From: Octopus vulgaris
Taxonomy: Eukaryota
DNA: 64,000 nt
Direction of reading: 5' to 3'
NCBI GenBank assembly: GCA_951406725.2
Contig: OX597818.1
Coordinates: 99,634,001-99,698,000 of the forward strand
How positions within the stretch are numbered: the first letter of the stretch is position 1; each line of letters opens with the position of its first letter. This document shows, in pieces, positions 14,961 to 29,040 of this stretch. A model generated the notes under the pieces. It was not told where the DNA came from and did not search any database. It was given only the letters and a program-made list of their open reading frames with translations. The position numbers were made by a program, and so were the translations under genes.

Positions 14961-15391
14961 GTGCATGTAGACTATGTCACAGGTTGGTATATACAGATAA
15001 TCTTTTTGAACTCTATGTTCATATGTCTACATGAATTACTCGTAGGTGTAGAAAACATTCAATCACGAGTATATAGTTTCTCTCTCACGCATGTTCCTCA
15101 CACACACATACGCAGACACACATACACACACACATACAAGAATACATATATATATATACATACATCACACTCAGACAAACTCACTCATACATGTATGTAT
15201 TCCTTACGCTCGCATTCACACAAGCACATTCCAAGACTTACGTACATAAGCGTTTACACAATTTGCCTGTAATATGTCGAAAGCTGAAGTGATTAATCGT
15301 AATACTCATGCAATTTATTATATTGTTTTCGTTTCCGCTCGCTCGTAAATAGATAACAATGGATAGGTGAATACACAGGCTGATATCTATA

Positions 15392-15430
<39 letters not shown>

Positions 15431-15502
15431 TTCCACAAAGGTTGCACACAAGCTCACTCAGTTACACACACATATATATGCACCTACACAAACACAAAGA
15501 TT

Positions 15503-15572
<70 letters not shown>

Positions 15573-15575
15573 CGG

Positions 15576-15627
<52 letters not shown>

Positions 15628-16078
15628 ATTTTCTGTTTTGTATAAATCTCAGTCAGCACTCCGTGAAAACCATTGGGTTTCTTGATAATGGAATTATTCC
15701 AGAGCTTTCTCCAATTGTATGAAGGCGGTGTAAATTCATGAAACGCGAGCCAACATCAAGAAAAATCAAGCTTTCTGATAAAATGTACACATTGGTTACA
15801 AACAAGAAGTGCCAAGGGGCTTTTCTCATACTCGTTATCACCAGACAAACACACATATACACACACTCAAATACGCGCAGAGACATTCACCACTACAAAC
15901 GCGCACATGCACATGCATACCTCCCTCCCTCCCTCCCGCCCTACCTACCTACCTATCCTATCCTACCTACCTACCTACTACCTACCTACCAATCCTACAT
16001 ACATACATACATACATACATAATACATACATACATACATACATACGTATATGTATGTATATATATAAAAACATATATA

Positions 16079-16233
16079 GGCGCAGGAGTGGCTTTGTGGT
16101 AAGTAGCTTGCTTACCAACCACATAGTCCTTGGTTCATTCCCTCTGCGTGCCACCTTGGGTAAGTGTTTTCTACTATAGCCGACCAAAGCATTGTGAGTG
16201 GATTTGGTAGACGGAAACTGAAAGAAGTCCGTC

Positions 16234-16286
<53 letters not shown>

Positions 16287-16493
16287 GTCGTACGCGAATG
16301 GGAGGATTTGCATCCCAACCAAGAATTTTTGATGTAACACATGTCCTTGTGGAAGCTGTTGTGCGCGCTGAAGAAGGCCACAGACATACATTATGCATTG
16401 TTATAAATCTGTCTAATAAAGGCCCGAAACATATGTACCGCCGAATCCTTCGCATCGTGTTTTTATTTTGATCAATATATATATATATATATG

Positions 16494-16544
<51 letters not shown>

Positions 16545-16756
16545 GACGTGTGTGTTTGTGTGTGTGTGTGTGTTTGTGTGTCTATGTTTGTTCACATGAC
16601 AACCGACGTTGGTGTGTTAACATCCTCGTAATTTAGCGGTTTCGGCAAAGGCGACCCATAAGTACCAGGCTTACTAAGAATAAGTCCTGGGGTGAATTTG
16701 CTTGACAAAAGTTGGTGCTGCAGCATGGTCGCAGTCAAATGACTGAAACAAATAAA
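16079..16756 (+). mobile_element. SINE family B, full length, with a nested insert in its internal (TA)n
   Basis: Head ggcgcaggagtggc, CORE-like ccttgggtaagtgttt, tail gcagcatggtcgcagtcaaatgactgaaac; insert at about 16282-16475. Confidence 0.9.
16361..16442 (+). ncRNA. Hammerhead-ribozyme-like motif in a (TA)n-embedded insert (Penelope-like terminus)
   Basis: CTGAAGA 16368-16374, stem II GGCC/GGCC plus ACAGA/TCTGT, GAAAC 16426-16430, palindromic stem III ACATATGT, GUA cleavage triplet 16435-16437; stem I and the first stem II pair are imperfect. Confidence 0.65.
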
Positions 16757-16789
16757 TTAGATTATATATATATATATATATATATATTG

Positions 16790-16966
16790 GCTTCAAATAT
16801 TGGTATAACGTCAGTAATTTCGGGTTAGGGGTTAAGTCAATTACTGGAACAAATTTTATCGACCCCGAGAAGGATGACAGGCTAAGGAGGAATTTGAACA
16901 GAAACGTAAAGACGGGTGAAATGTCGCCAAGCATTTTGTCCGATGTGCTAACAATTCTGTCAGCTT
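16790..16966 (-). mobile_element. SINE family C, diverged
   Basis: tttatcgaccccgagaaggatga...ggaatttgaac...gctaacaattctgtcagct matches the family C reverse complement. Confidence 0.75.
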
Positions 16967-17088
16967 GTGCAATGTATGTTTAAACGTATGCATGTATGTA
17001 TGGCTGGCTAGATGAATGGATGGATGAATGGACAGATGTATTTACGTATGAATGAATGAATATATATGTATATGTATATATATATATG

Positions 17089-17149
<61 letters not shown>

Positions 17150-17241
17150 TTTATTTCATCTAGTTTCAGCTCACAAGCTGTGGCCATATATATACATATA
17201 TATATATATATGTATATATATATGTATATATATATATATAT

Positions 17242-17286
<45 letters not shown>

Positions 17287-17411
17287 TGGTAGGAAATTGC
17301 ATTTGACCCTTTGGCCAATAACTGATGAGGATTTGATGACCTTCGCTGACTGTTTCCAATTTTTATATTTACTATTTAATGGAACGCCGTTTATTGTTAT
17401 TTCGTTTATAT

Positions 17412-17720
17412 GTGGTTAGAGCGTCGAGCTTACGATCGTGAGTTTGTGAGTTCGATTCCCGGACCGGGCTACGTGTTGTGTTCTTGAGCAAGACACATTC
17501 TTTCACGTTGCTCCAGTTCACTCAACTGTAGAAATGAGTTGCGATATCACTGGTGCCAAGCTGTATCGGCCTTTGCCTTTCCCTTGGATAACATCAGTGA
17601 TGTGGAGAGGGCAGTATGCATAGGTGACTGCTGGCCTTCCAGAAACAACTTTGACCGGACTTGTGCCTCGGAGGGTAACATTCCAGGTGCAATCTCATGG
17701 TCAGTCATGACTGAAGGGGA
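17412..17720 (+). mobile_element. tRNA-derived SINE, family D (CORE-like block, tail type 3)
   Basis: gtggttagagcgtc...gagttcgattccc tRNA-like head, gtgttcttgagcaagacac CORE-like block; a diverged reverse copy lies at 57364-57632. Confidence 0.85.
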
Positions 17721-18053
17721 TCATTATTTATGTAAATATATATACACCGACAGACAGACACACACACACAAACACACACACACACACATATATATGTATA
17801 TATATATATTTCGCATACAGAAATACATATATGCTTGTATACAAACACACACGCACACACAGGTGTGTGTGTGTATATGTGTGTGAATGTGTGTGTGTGT
17901 GTGTAACTAATTTTTGTCGACTTAAATGTATTATTGACTTCTTTCGCTTCGCCTGAGGTTTTGTGTTTCCATAAGTAACAATATTATGTGAATCGGTTTC
18001 TGTATGTGCATGCGCATATGTGCATATATATATATACACACATACAAATACAT

Positions 18054-18108
<55 letters not shown>

Positions 18109-18196
18109 CACATATACAAATATATGTATGTATATATACATAATTATGTACGTATAGAAAAACATACGTATATACAGACATATTTACTTACACACA

Positions 18197-18252
<56 letters not shown>

Positions 18253-18716
18253 CATACATTCATATACCCATGTGTGAGACCGCGTATGTGTGTTCTACAC
18301 AACAAACAAAAAAAGTGTATATCAAAGTAAATAGATCAATGTATAAACAATCAATAAAATCAAAACAAGAGCCTCAGATAATTAAACAAACTAATAAATG
18401 GAAAAACCTAAAGACTGATTAATAAACTTTGAAATACAAAGATATAAACTTAAAAACAAGAAACCCGTATAAATACAAGCGTAGACACTTGCGCGCGCAC
18501 ATACCTAAGCCACCACATACCTAAACCGCCACACACCACTCTATGATTTTGATGTGTCTAATCTTGAGTATGATTAGAATGGTATTCTTTCTTCAACAGT
18601 GTATTTCTTGTTATCTAGTTTATTTTCCACCATTCTAATATTCTTTGGATTTATATTCCTCTTGCTTTATATTTCATCTTTGTTTGTTTATCTCTCTCTG
18701 TCTATCTGCCCCTCTC

Positions 18717-18772
<56 letters not shown>

Positions 18773-19194
18773 ATTTATTCTGTTTCTGCGTTGCTTCGTT
18801 TTATTATCATTGCTTGATTCTTTATTTTTAGTATTTTTTTTATTATCACTTTGTTTATTTGCTTCGTTCATCCATTTTATTTTACCAACTTTTTAAAAAG
18901 AAGCACCATGAAAGAACACACACACATGTATGTATATGGGGAAATATGTGTGTATATATACATAAAATATCTACAAATGCACACATACATGTATACATAC
19001 ATTCATATATATGTGTGTGTGTGTGTGTGTATTCACATGCATACACACATATTTAATATCATCTGGGTAACTACCTTATAACGTGCATTTAAAAGCTCAT
19101 CTATAAATATTGGCTATCATATACTATCAAAGCAGGAATTTTTAATGAATATATATGTAGAAATCTCTTAGTGTATGCACAGTTCACACAAAAA

Positions 19195-19960
19195 TCTATA
19201 TATATAAAACTGAAGTTGTCTCTGTGTGTGGGTGTGTGGCAGGTTTTGGTAGCCTTTAACTAACACTATCTCCTCCGTGACCATGCGGCGCAAGTTGACC
19301 AAAATTGAGAGTATGATAGAAGAAGGCTTACTCTTCGTTCCTGTGGAGGCGCAATGGCCCACTGGTTAGGGCAGCGGACTCGCGGTCGTAGCATCGCGGT
19401 TTCGATTCTCAGACCGGGCGTTGTGAGTGTTTATTGAGCGAAAACACCTAAAGCTCCACGAGTCTCCGGCAGGAATGGTGGTGATCCCTGCTGTACTCTT
19501 TCACCACAAATTTCTCTCACTCTTATTTCCTGTTTCTGTTGTACCTGTATTTCAAAGGGCCGGCCTTGTCACTCTCTGTGTCACGCTGAATATCCCCGAG
19601 AACTACGTTAAGGGTACACGTGTCTGTGGAGCGCTCAGCCACTTACACGTTAATTTCACGAGCAGGTTGTTCCGTTGATCGGATCAACCGGAACCCTCAT
19701 CGTCGTAACCGACGGAGTGCTTCCACTCCACTCTTCGTTCCGTAGACCAAAAATGATTTACATCGAAAAGATGCTTTTTTTCTATGAGTATCCCTATTTT
19801 GTACGATCTTTTTACTGCTGTGTCACCATTTTCGGTGTATTTCAACCAGAAAAATGTTGATTTATAGTTACATAATGCCAAAGTTTTACTTCTCAAAAAT
19901 TCCAAATTCTAAAGGGTCAAAAAGAAAACAAACCCGAGAAACGTTGGGCTATACTGCTAG
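19195..19960 (+). mobile_element. Non-autonomous Helitron, complete, interrupted by a SINE
   Basis: Starts A|TCtatatatataaaac, ends with hairpin cccgagaaacgttggg (19933-19948), 8 nt, then CTAG|T; no TSD, A/T target. Confidence 0.85.
19342..19729 (+). mobile_element. SINE family A, tail type 2, full length with 12-bp TSD
   Basis: A/B-box head as at 4959; TSD actcttcgttcc at 19330-19341 and 19730-19741. Confidence 0.93.
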
Positions 19961-20002
19961 TTTATAATAAAAGTAGGTGGAATCAACAGGTTTCAATCCA
20001 AA

Positions 20003-20108
20003 TCAGAACGATTGTTTCCGTGCTGAGTGTTTTAAATATGATATTATTGTATATATATTATATAAACCTGATCCAGGTAGAGCTGTGTACTCGTACGTCA
20101 TCAGGTGA
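20003..20108 (-). ncRNA. Decayed hammerhead-ribozyme-like motif with long stem II
   Basis: Minus strand: tcac-CTGATGA-cgtacgagt...actcagcacg-GAAAC-aatc-GTT-ctga; core intact, stem I 3 of 4 pairs. Confidence 0.6.
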
Positions 20109-21599
20109 GTGGCTTTACATATACATATATATATACTTACTAAGCTATACACATACTTACATGTATCTAAGACACATATGTATGTATACACATACACATA
20201 TTTATACATGCATACATATAGTGATTGCCTGTGAGTTCATGTGTGCGTATGTAAGTATGAATGTATGCTGTATACATATGTATATGGGCGTCTGTGTTTG
20301 TATATGTATGAGTAATTGTTTAGCTACAGGTCACACTACTAGAGCAGACTTATGGTGAAATATGTTTCAGCTGTTGCCATCATATATTCTTTCCTTTTAA
20401 AAACTGTACTGATTGATTTACGAGAGATTATCTGATGTTTCCGTTGGGTTTAATAAAATGCCACACATTTACAAAAGAAGGAAATTTGAATTTTATTGCC
20501 ATTATTTTTATTTCAAAGTAGCAGTAAAGTAGCAGTTCTAAATGGGAAAAATATTCAAAGCTAAACTATTCAATAAGCTGTTTATTCTTGACTGTAGGAT
20601 GCAATTTGAAGGAAATTTAACAGCTATTACTAGCAGGCCCAACGACCACGTAAATTTTCCATTTCTAGCTCAGATTGTAGAAGTGAATATGAAAGATGAT
20701 CCCTGCTAGCATTAAGACGCCAAATATTCTCCTGCTATATGCAGTATCAGTATTGTCGCCATTTTAATATCACGCGCAGGTTTTCAATACTGAGAATTCA
20801 AGAATGAATACATGAATATATAAATACATAATATGTAAATAAATATTTCCCACTGCGAATTTTTTCATTAAAATTTTCAATTGCCTGCATTCTGTAAGTA
20901 TGGAATTTACCGAAGTGTAATTGTTTTTAAAGAACATTATTTCTCAGATTTATGTGCAATAAGATTTGCTTCTTCGTATGCATGTGAGTCGTGTGAATAT
21001 ATCTATTTCTAGATGGTTTCTTGTCATTCACAGAAGCAAATTGATATTTAAAACTGTTCCCTTTGAAATTTTTATATTTGCATTTGATTTTCTTCTCATA
21101 ATGCATTTCTAAAATGTTCCAATGCATTCTTAATTAAAACACGTAACTAATCACTGATTACGACACGTGATTTATCCTCCTTTCTGTTGTCGTTGTCGTG
21201 GTTGTTCTTTATTGCAATCAGGATCAACCCATCTTTCTTAATGCTGGGACTAATTCAGCTAACAAATCCTCCGATTAGTTTATAACGGTAATTGTAATAT
21301 GAGGGATATTTGGCTGTTATTATTACCCGGTTGAGCAGCCATGTAACATCTAAGTGATATCTGTGAAGTTCATTTTAAATTTGTTTTAGCTAAAAAAAAG
21401 TGAATTACTGACTGAAAATAGGTTTATAGGGAAAAAATAATACATGTAATTTGAGCTGGACTTTCAGTACAATTGTTTTACCAATGAAATAGAGAGTATT
21501 CTCTAAGTCGCTGTGCCTCTCAAAGCTCCCTCCTCTATTTTACAAACATGAAGACAACAATTGCTACTCAAAACAACATTAAAATATTTGTTTCTAGGC

Positions 21600-22413
<814 letters not shown>

Positions 22414-22415
22414 TA

Positions 22416-22488
<73 letters not shown>

Positions 22489-22929
22489 ATATATCTTCTG
22501 TATGTATGCTTAGTTTTTATGTCTTGTTTTATAGATAGCAATACAAAAGCGAAAATTGATAGGTAAATAGAAAAGAAATAAATATAAAAATAAACTGCTG
22601 ATTATAAAGATCTGAACATTTTATACGGATTTCTAAAGTTTGCTTTCTATTGGCATAAAGATTGTGTTTGCCAAATGATACGGCTGTAGAATTTTATTCC
22701 TGCTTGGGTATGAAAATATGCATTATCTTCGATATTTTTCTATATAGTCTTGCGTAATAAACATTACACATACATGTTTACAGACGCATACACACACCTA
22801 CACACATACATACACCTATGTGTATGTAAGCATACACATTGCATGTAAGTGCGTGAATTTGTATGTGGGTTGCTATATATATATATATATGAAGAGATTT
22901 GTGCCTGAGTATATGTCTTTGTGTAGGTA

Positions 22930-22963
<34 letters not shown>

Positions 22964-23074
22964 CGTACACAAAGACGTATATATATATGCATATATATGT
23001 ATGCATACAATTATAGATAACTGTATTCGTGCATATAATAGAAATCATTGTTGCCATCCATTTATTTCCGTGAT

Positions 23075-23111
<37 letters not shown>

Positions 23112-23219
23112 GCTAGCATTATCATCATCGCCATCATCATTCATTCAAATTAACATTAATAATATTATCATCATGGCTAATGTCATTTTTATTTTCCATG
23201 CACTTACATAAAAGACCAC

Positions 23220-23259
23220 GTATGTATATATATATGTGTATATATACATATATACATAC

Positions 23260-23330
<71 letters not shown>

Positions 23331-23425
23331 CATACATACATACACACCAACATACATACATACATACATACATACATACATACATACATACATACATACA
23401 TACATACATACATACATACATACAT
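23220..23425. repeat. (TA)n plus (TACA)n microsatellite
   Basis: Direct reading. Confidence 0.95.
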
Positions 23426-24289
23426 AAAGATATAGACAAATTTATTCTGTTGCAGAATTACTCCGGAACCAAAGAGCTGCTTGGGTTGAACATTCTTGTT
23501 GGCGCCATGGTCTTGGCTATGGAATCTTGCCAAAATAATCGAAACGTAACTTAAGCATATGCAACAAAGAATCTCTGACTATAGATGTGTCGCTTTGCAC
23601 TGGAGATATTAAATATTATAGTCCTTACTTGTTGTAATTAGAAGGTGCAACGCTGAACTGAATAAATATAATACTCGGAAGATTTAACGACACTGTTTTC
23701 TCGTAAATCCGCCTTCCATTTTGCTCGAGAAATTCTATTCTTTCAATTTTAATATGCGACCAGGAAAATAGCCAATTCTCTTGATGTTGTTAGGGCTTAA
23801 ATTCTCAGCATAAATAACACAGGATTAGTTGTTGAGTGTCATCGATTGGAAGGAATCAAAATTGATTGCACTGTCACACAGATATACATACATATATGTA
23901 TGGAGAATGGCAGGGAATAAAGGAGGTAGAGATAGATACATAAGAAGAGGTAGAGAGAGAGAGAGAGAGAGAAAGGGAGAGAGAAAGAGAGAATGAGAAA
24001 GAGATAGACAGAGAGCGGGGTAAAGAGTAGAATTGTGTATGTGAAAAATATTTTTGTGATTTTTACGTACACACACACGTGTGTGTTTGTATGAGAGAAC
24101 AGGTGTGTGTCTGTGTGTGTCTGTGTGTGTATGTGAGTGTGTATGTGCGTGTATATGTGTGTGTATGTACGTGTGTGTGTATGTATGTGTGTGTGCGTGT
24201 GATGTTATTGCATGGTGTCAGTTTGTATATGCGTATCTGTTCGAGAAACACAAATGAAAAACCGCGAACGTATGAGTGAGGTAGAAAGA

Positions 24290-24353
24290 GAGAAATAGAG
24301 AATAACAGAAATATAGAGATAGAGAAACAGACTGATAGATAAATAGATAGAGA

Positions 24354-24394
<41 letters not shown>

Positions 24395-24699
24395 CGATAG
24401 AAAGATTGATAGGTAGAAAAAGAGAAAAATGAGAGAGTACGAGCGATCAAGCTACAGAGAAAGAAAGTGAGATAGATAGATATAGATAGATGTAGATAGA
24501 CAGACATATAGATAGATAGATATACAGACAGATAGACAGACAGAAAAGAAGACAGACAGATAAATAGATAGATTGTTTGATTGATTGATAGATAAATGGA
24601 TAGAAAGTGAGAAAAATGAAAGCGAGCGAGCTACAGAGAAAGAAAATGAGATAGCTAGATAGAGATAGATAAATAGATAGATAGAGAGAGAGAGAGGGT

Positions 24700-24769
<70 letters not shown>

Positions 24770-24780
24770 GAGAGAGAGAT
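24290..24780. repeat. (GATA)n/(GA)n microsatellite field
   Basis: Direct reading. Confidence 0.9.
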
Positions 24781-25155
24781 GGGGGATAAAAGCATTTATT
24801 AGAAAGCGTGAGTGAGAAGGAAAAAAGATGGCGATGATTGTTTCTGAACATTCATAGCTGAAAGGAGATTCCGAAACATTTCCAGCTTTCAATCGTTTCG
24901 AAATGGTTTACTATTTCATAAAGGGAAAGAAACGTGTTCACAATGGTTAACAATTTTAGCCCAGCTTAAAGATGTAACATGATCAGTTCTGGGCAAAACC
25001 CAACAAAGTAGATTGAAAAATGATGCCAATTTCCAGCGAATATAATATTCAAAATGTTTGCCTCACGGTGAATTAATTAAGTAGACATTTGATCTAACTT
25101 CGTGAGGCGTTATGGCTTGCAAGGCGAAAGCTTAAATAAATTGCGTGTGCGGGCA

Positions 25156-25302
25156 ATATATATATATATATATTGCCCGCATATATATATGTATATATAT
25201 ATATATATGTGTATATGTATATATATATATTGCCCGCATATATATATGTATATATATATATGTATATATATGTATATATATATGTATATATATATATATG
25301 TG

Positions 25303-25358
<56 letters not shown>

Positions 25359-25363
25359 TATAT

Positions 25364-25419
<56 letters not shown>

Positions 25420-25500
25420 ATATATATATATATATGCACACACACAGACACACACATATATATATGTACGTACGTATGTATGTATGTATGTATGTATGTA
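25156..25500. repeat. (TA)n field containing repeated and inverted tgcccgca motif
   Basis: Palindrome tgcgggcaat(at)nattgcccgca at 25148-25181; further attgcccgca at 25229-25238. Confidence 0.9.
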
Positions 25501-26192
25501 TTCTTAATTCGAATGTGATAGTCATAAAATTTTGCGGAAAGTTTTGTCTCAATATTTATGATTTCGGAACGTGCTTTTTGGTAATTAAATGTAATAACGT
25601 GGTTTCTTTCCTTAATTTATATCTATGTTGCACACTAATAAGAACCTTCTAGTATACGTTTCTTCTTTTTTTGTTACGATTAAATTAATACCTTCCGCAC
25701 AGCCTATTAAATAAATAAAAAACGAGACAATACTAGTTGGATAAAATAAAAAATAAAAGGAAGACGCACTATATATATATATACATATATATATATTTAT
25801 GTATGAATGATTGGAATCAAAGGAGAAGGATGGAAATTTAGTCATTTTCAGTTTGGTAGTGATCCAATTATGTTAGAATAGTAAGAATGTAGTTCGAAAT
25901 TGTATTCTGTCGTATAATTGAAGTGTAACGAGATTTTCTGTCGAAAGTCATCTTACGTTATTAAGGAGAGAAAGAAATAAGAAAATAACTCGTAATCTAA
26001 AGATTTTTTTTTTCTGTTATTTGAATTGAAAGTAATTTCCATGAAATCAAAGAGTCGACGGTTCATAGCTTGCATCTACTGTGCTCTCCTGTACTACTGT
26101 GTATTATAGAGGCATTAAACAGAAGTATATACATAGTTGCTCGACTTTCTAGAATTAGCAGCCGTATCTCTCTCGAATCCTACGCACTTGTA

Positions 26193-26759
26193 TTGGGTTG
26201 TCCAGAAAGTTCGTGCCGATTTATCGAAGCTTACCTTTCGACTTATTTTAGAACATGGTTGAGTCCATAAAATAGGATTTGACTACACCTCCATTTAGAA
26301 CACAGTTTAAGCTATCTTTTCGTGGAAGAAGGTTTATGTTTCTATAACCTGTGTTAATTCTGTAACCCTTTAAAACGGAAGATAAGAAAGTTCATTTTCG
26401 GCACTTGATGCTTTGGGATTCAGACAAAAATTGCTGCAGCTCGGCTGGGATGTGTTACCCCACCTTCCATATTCACCAGATATTGCTCCTACGGATTTCC
26501 ACTTATTCAGGTCTCTGCAGAATAGTCTTAATGGTAAAAATTTCAATTCCTTGGTAGACGTAAAAAGATACCTTGATGAATTATTTGCCATAAAACCACC
26601 TCAATTCTAGGAAGAGGGTAGTTTCAAGCTAAAGGAAATATGGAGACACATTATGCAACAAAATGGCTCATATATGGTTGAATAAAAATGTAATGGCAAG
26701 TATTTATTGACCTTTTTTCTCCCCTTTAAAAATCGGCACGAACTTTCCGAACAGCCCAA
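26193..26759 (+). mobile_element. Internally deleted mariner (Tc1/mariner) element
   Basis: About 30-bp TIRs ttgggttgtccagaaagttcgtgccgattt / aaatcggcacgaactttccgaacagcccaa (3 mismatches), TA TSD at 26191-26192 and 26760-26761. Confidence 0.95.
26375..26685 (+). pseudogene. Mariner transposase remnant (first ~14 codons fused to C-terminal ~88 codons)
   Basis: (ACG)EDKKVHFRHLMLW then RQKLLQLGWDVLPHLPYSPDIAPTDFHLFRSLQNSLNGKNF...F*EEGSFKLKEIWRHIMQQNGSYMVE*; YSPDIAPTD is the mariner YSPDLAPSD motif; start codon mutated, internal stop. Confidence 0.92.
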
Positions 26760-27431
26760 TATTTGTACAAAAAACACAGAGGACACATTATGTAGTTCTA
26801 GATTCCGATAAAATGACGGTACACAAGTCTGAAGTAGTTTTTCTATCAGGGTTCACGTGATAAAACTCCACCACCGCCACCATCACGACCACAAGCACCA
26901 CAAACCACAACTGTCACTAATTTCGCAAGACAAATGTAAGACAACAAAAACCGAATCTTTGACATCTATTTCGTTAGCTTCCTCTTGCTAAACCTATGAC
27001 ACATAAAGGACATGAAAAAAACCCAAAAGAACTGACATTTTCAGTAAAGTACATACTGCAAAATTGGTGAAGAAGTTTCATTACCTGCGAAAAATATAAA
27101 AGTAAATTCTGAAGCACTTTAAGCCAGTTGATTAATATCACACATGTGAAATATTTTTCATAGTTTTTCCTATTAGGATTTGAATTCACTAATGATAGAA
27201 GCTAAATAGTCTCTAATTATACGGAGTTTCTTTCGCTTACTACATTAATAAGCCATATTGACTCGTAGTTATATTTAAGGAAACTGAGACATAGTACCTA
27301 GTTGTAGGCTAGCAAACAGCGTGTAGAGTAGAAGTGAATATGTATATTTAGGGAGCTCTAAGTATACACATTCACGACTGCAAAATAGTAGACAAAGTTA
27401 AATAAACTGGTGAGATATAATACCTAATTAT

Positions 27432-27842
27432 GGATCTTTTCGGTTTGAACGGCAGTCTTTTCTAGCGGTATCATATGAAATTGTCACCTATAATTATGAC
27501 CCTAGTATCGATCTATTGCATTTCAATCTGTTTTAGGGTTAGAGGTGGGGGGAAGGGTATATTTTTTTCTTCAGAAATGTAAATAAAACCAATCTGTTTC
27601 TTAAACGAGGGACATATTCATACGGCACAGAATGTTGTTCACCTCAATACACGTCATTGATTGGTTGAAACTGCAGAAATTGAAGAAAAAAACCAACAAA
27701 ATCTTACAAACTATAGAATTTTCTCAATAAAGCCAAGAGAAAAAGATGTTTTATAAACACATTCTACCAGTATACGAAGTTTAAAAGTGTTTAGTTACGT
27801 GGAAATTATTTTTAAAAACTGCCGTTCAAACCGAAAAGATCC
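27432..27842. mobile_element. MITE with perfect 25-bp TIRs, Merlin-like
   Basis: TIR ggatcttttcggtttgaacggcagt at 27432-27456 and its reverse complement at 27818-27842; flanks ctaattat / ttaattat (8-bp TSD, 1 mismatch); GG termini plus 8-9 bp TSD are the Merlin signature. Confidence 0.85.
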
Positions 27843-28683
27843 TTAATTATAGCTAAGTAAACCGACACAACAGTGTTAGGCATCTTTGCTATGGATACCG
27901 GGCGTTGACGTTGATGGGATGCGAACAATCGATGTTTCCAGTCATTATTTATTCGGTCAACTATATTACCGTATCCTTATTTTATAGATCACGAAACAGT
28001 TGTTATCAGAAAACATTCAGAAAGAATTACAACTGTGATTAAAGTTTTTTTTTAAACAAAAAACAAACAAAAGTAATAAATAATACCGAAGAATTAAAGA
28101 AGAATAGAAAGAAAAACAAAATGCAGGAAAGAAATCAATTAATTGCAACAATAACAATAAGAAAAACAAAATAACAAGCCTATCATATTTATCATCTCGT
28201 CTTTAACTTCAAGATAGAATTTATTGTTTGTTTGCTTTGTTCTTTCTAATGATCTTTCGAAGCAGAAAATTGTAATATATGTTAGGAGGTTGGGGTGAAG
28301 GGGTTGTAACTTCTGTTTAATGGGTTTTGGTTGTCTCGAAATTTATGGTCGCTGTGAAGACCCTGAGTGAATAGAAGAAAACAAAAATGAAACAAACTAT
28401 TTGTTATTGTTGTTGTTGCTGATATTCATATCATTTTTGAAAAAAAAACCCAAAAATTATTATTTATGTAATCTTGTGTTTGTATCAATGCCATTGCTGT
28501 TGTAGTTGTTGTAAGTAATGTTGTTCTGGACATTAATGGTTTCGTATTAGTATTAATGGTAGTTAGTTGCTGACGTTTTTCTTTTTTTGTTCTTGTTTAT
28601 ATACCTTGTAACTGTGGGTGTGTTTATTCTTCTAATTACCGCTCTGTCGTTGTTATGGCATTTCTCTCATCATTCTTATCGAT

Positions 28684-28727
28684 GTAGCAGCAGCAGCAGC
28701 AACAGCAGAAGTAGTAGTAGTAGAAAT

Positions 28728-28798
<71 letters not shown>

Positions 28799-28974
28799 AA
28801 GCAGTAGCCGCAACAATGGATGGTAATAGTAGAAGCAGTAGCAGCTGCTGCAGAAGTAGCATTATCATTATTATTATTATTATTATTATTGTTAATATTC
28901 TTCTTTTTCTTCTTCTTCTTCTTCTTCTTCTTCTTCTTCTTCTTCTTCTTCTTCTTCTTCTTCTTCTTCTTCTT

Positions 28975-29005
<31 letters not shown>

Positions 29006-29040
29006 TTATTATTATTATTAGTAGTAGTAGTAGTAGTAAT
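28684..29040. repeat. Compound (AGC)n/(AGT)n/(ATT)n/(CTT)n microsatellite
   Basis: Direct reading. Confidence 0.95.
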
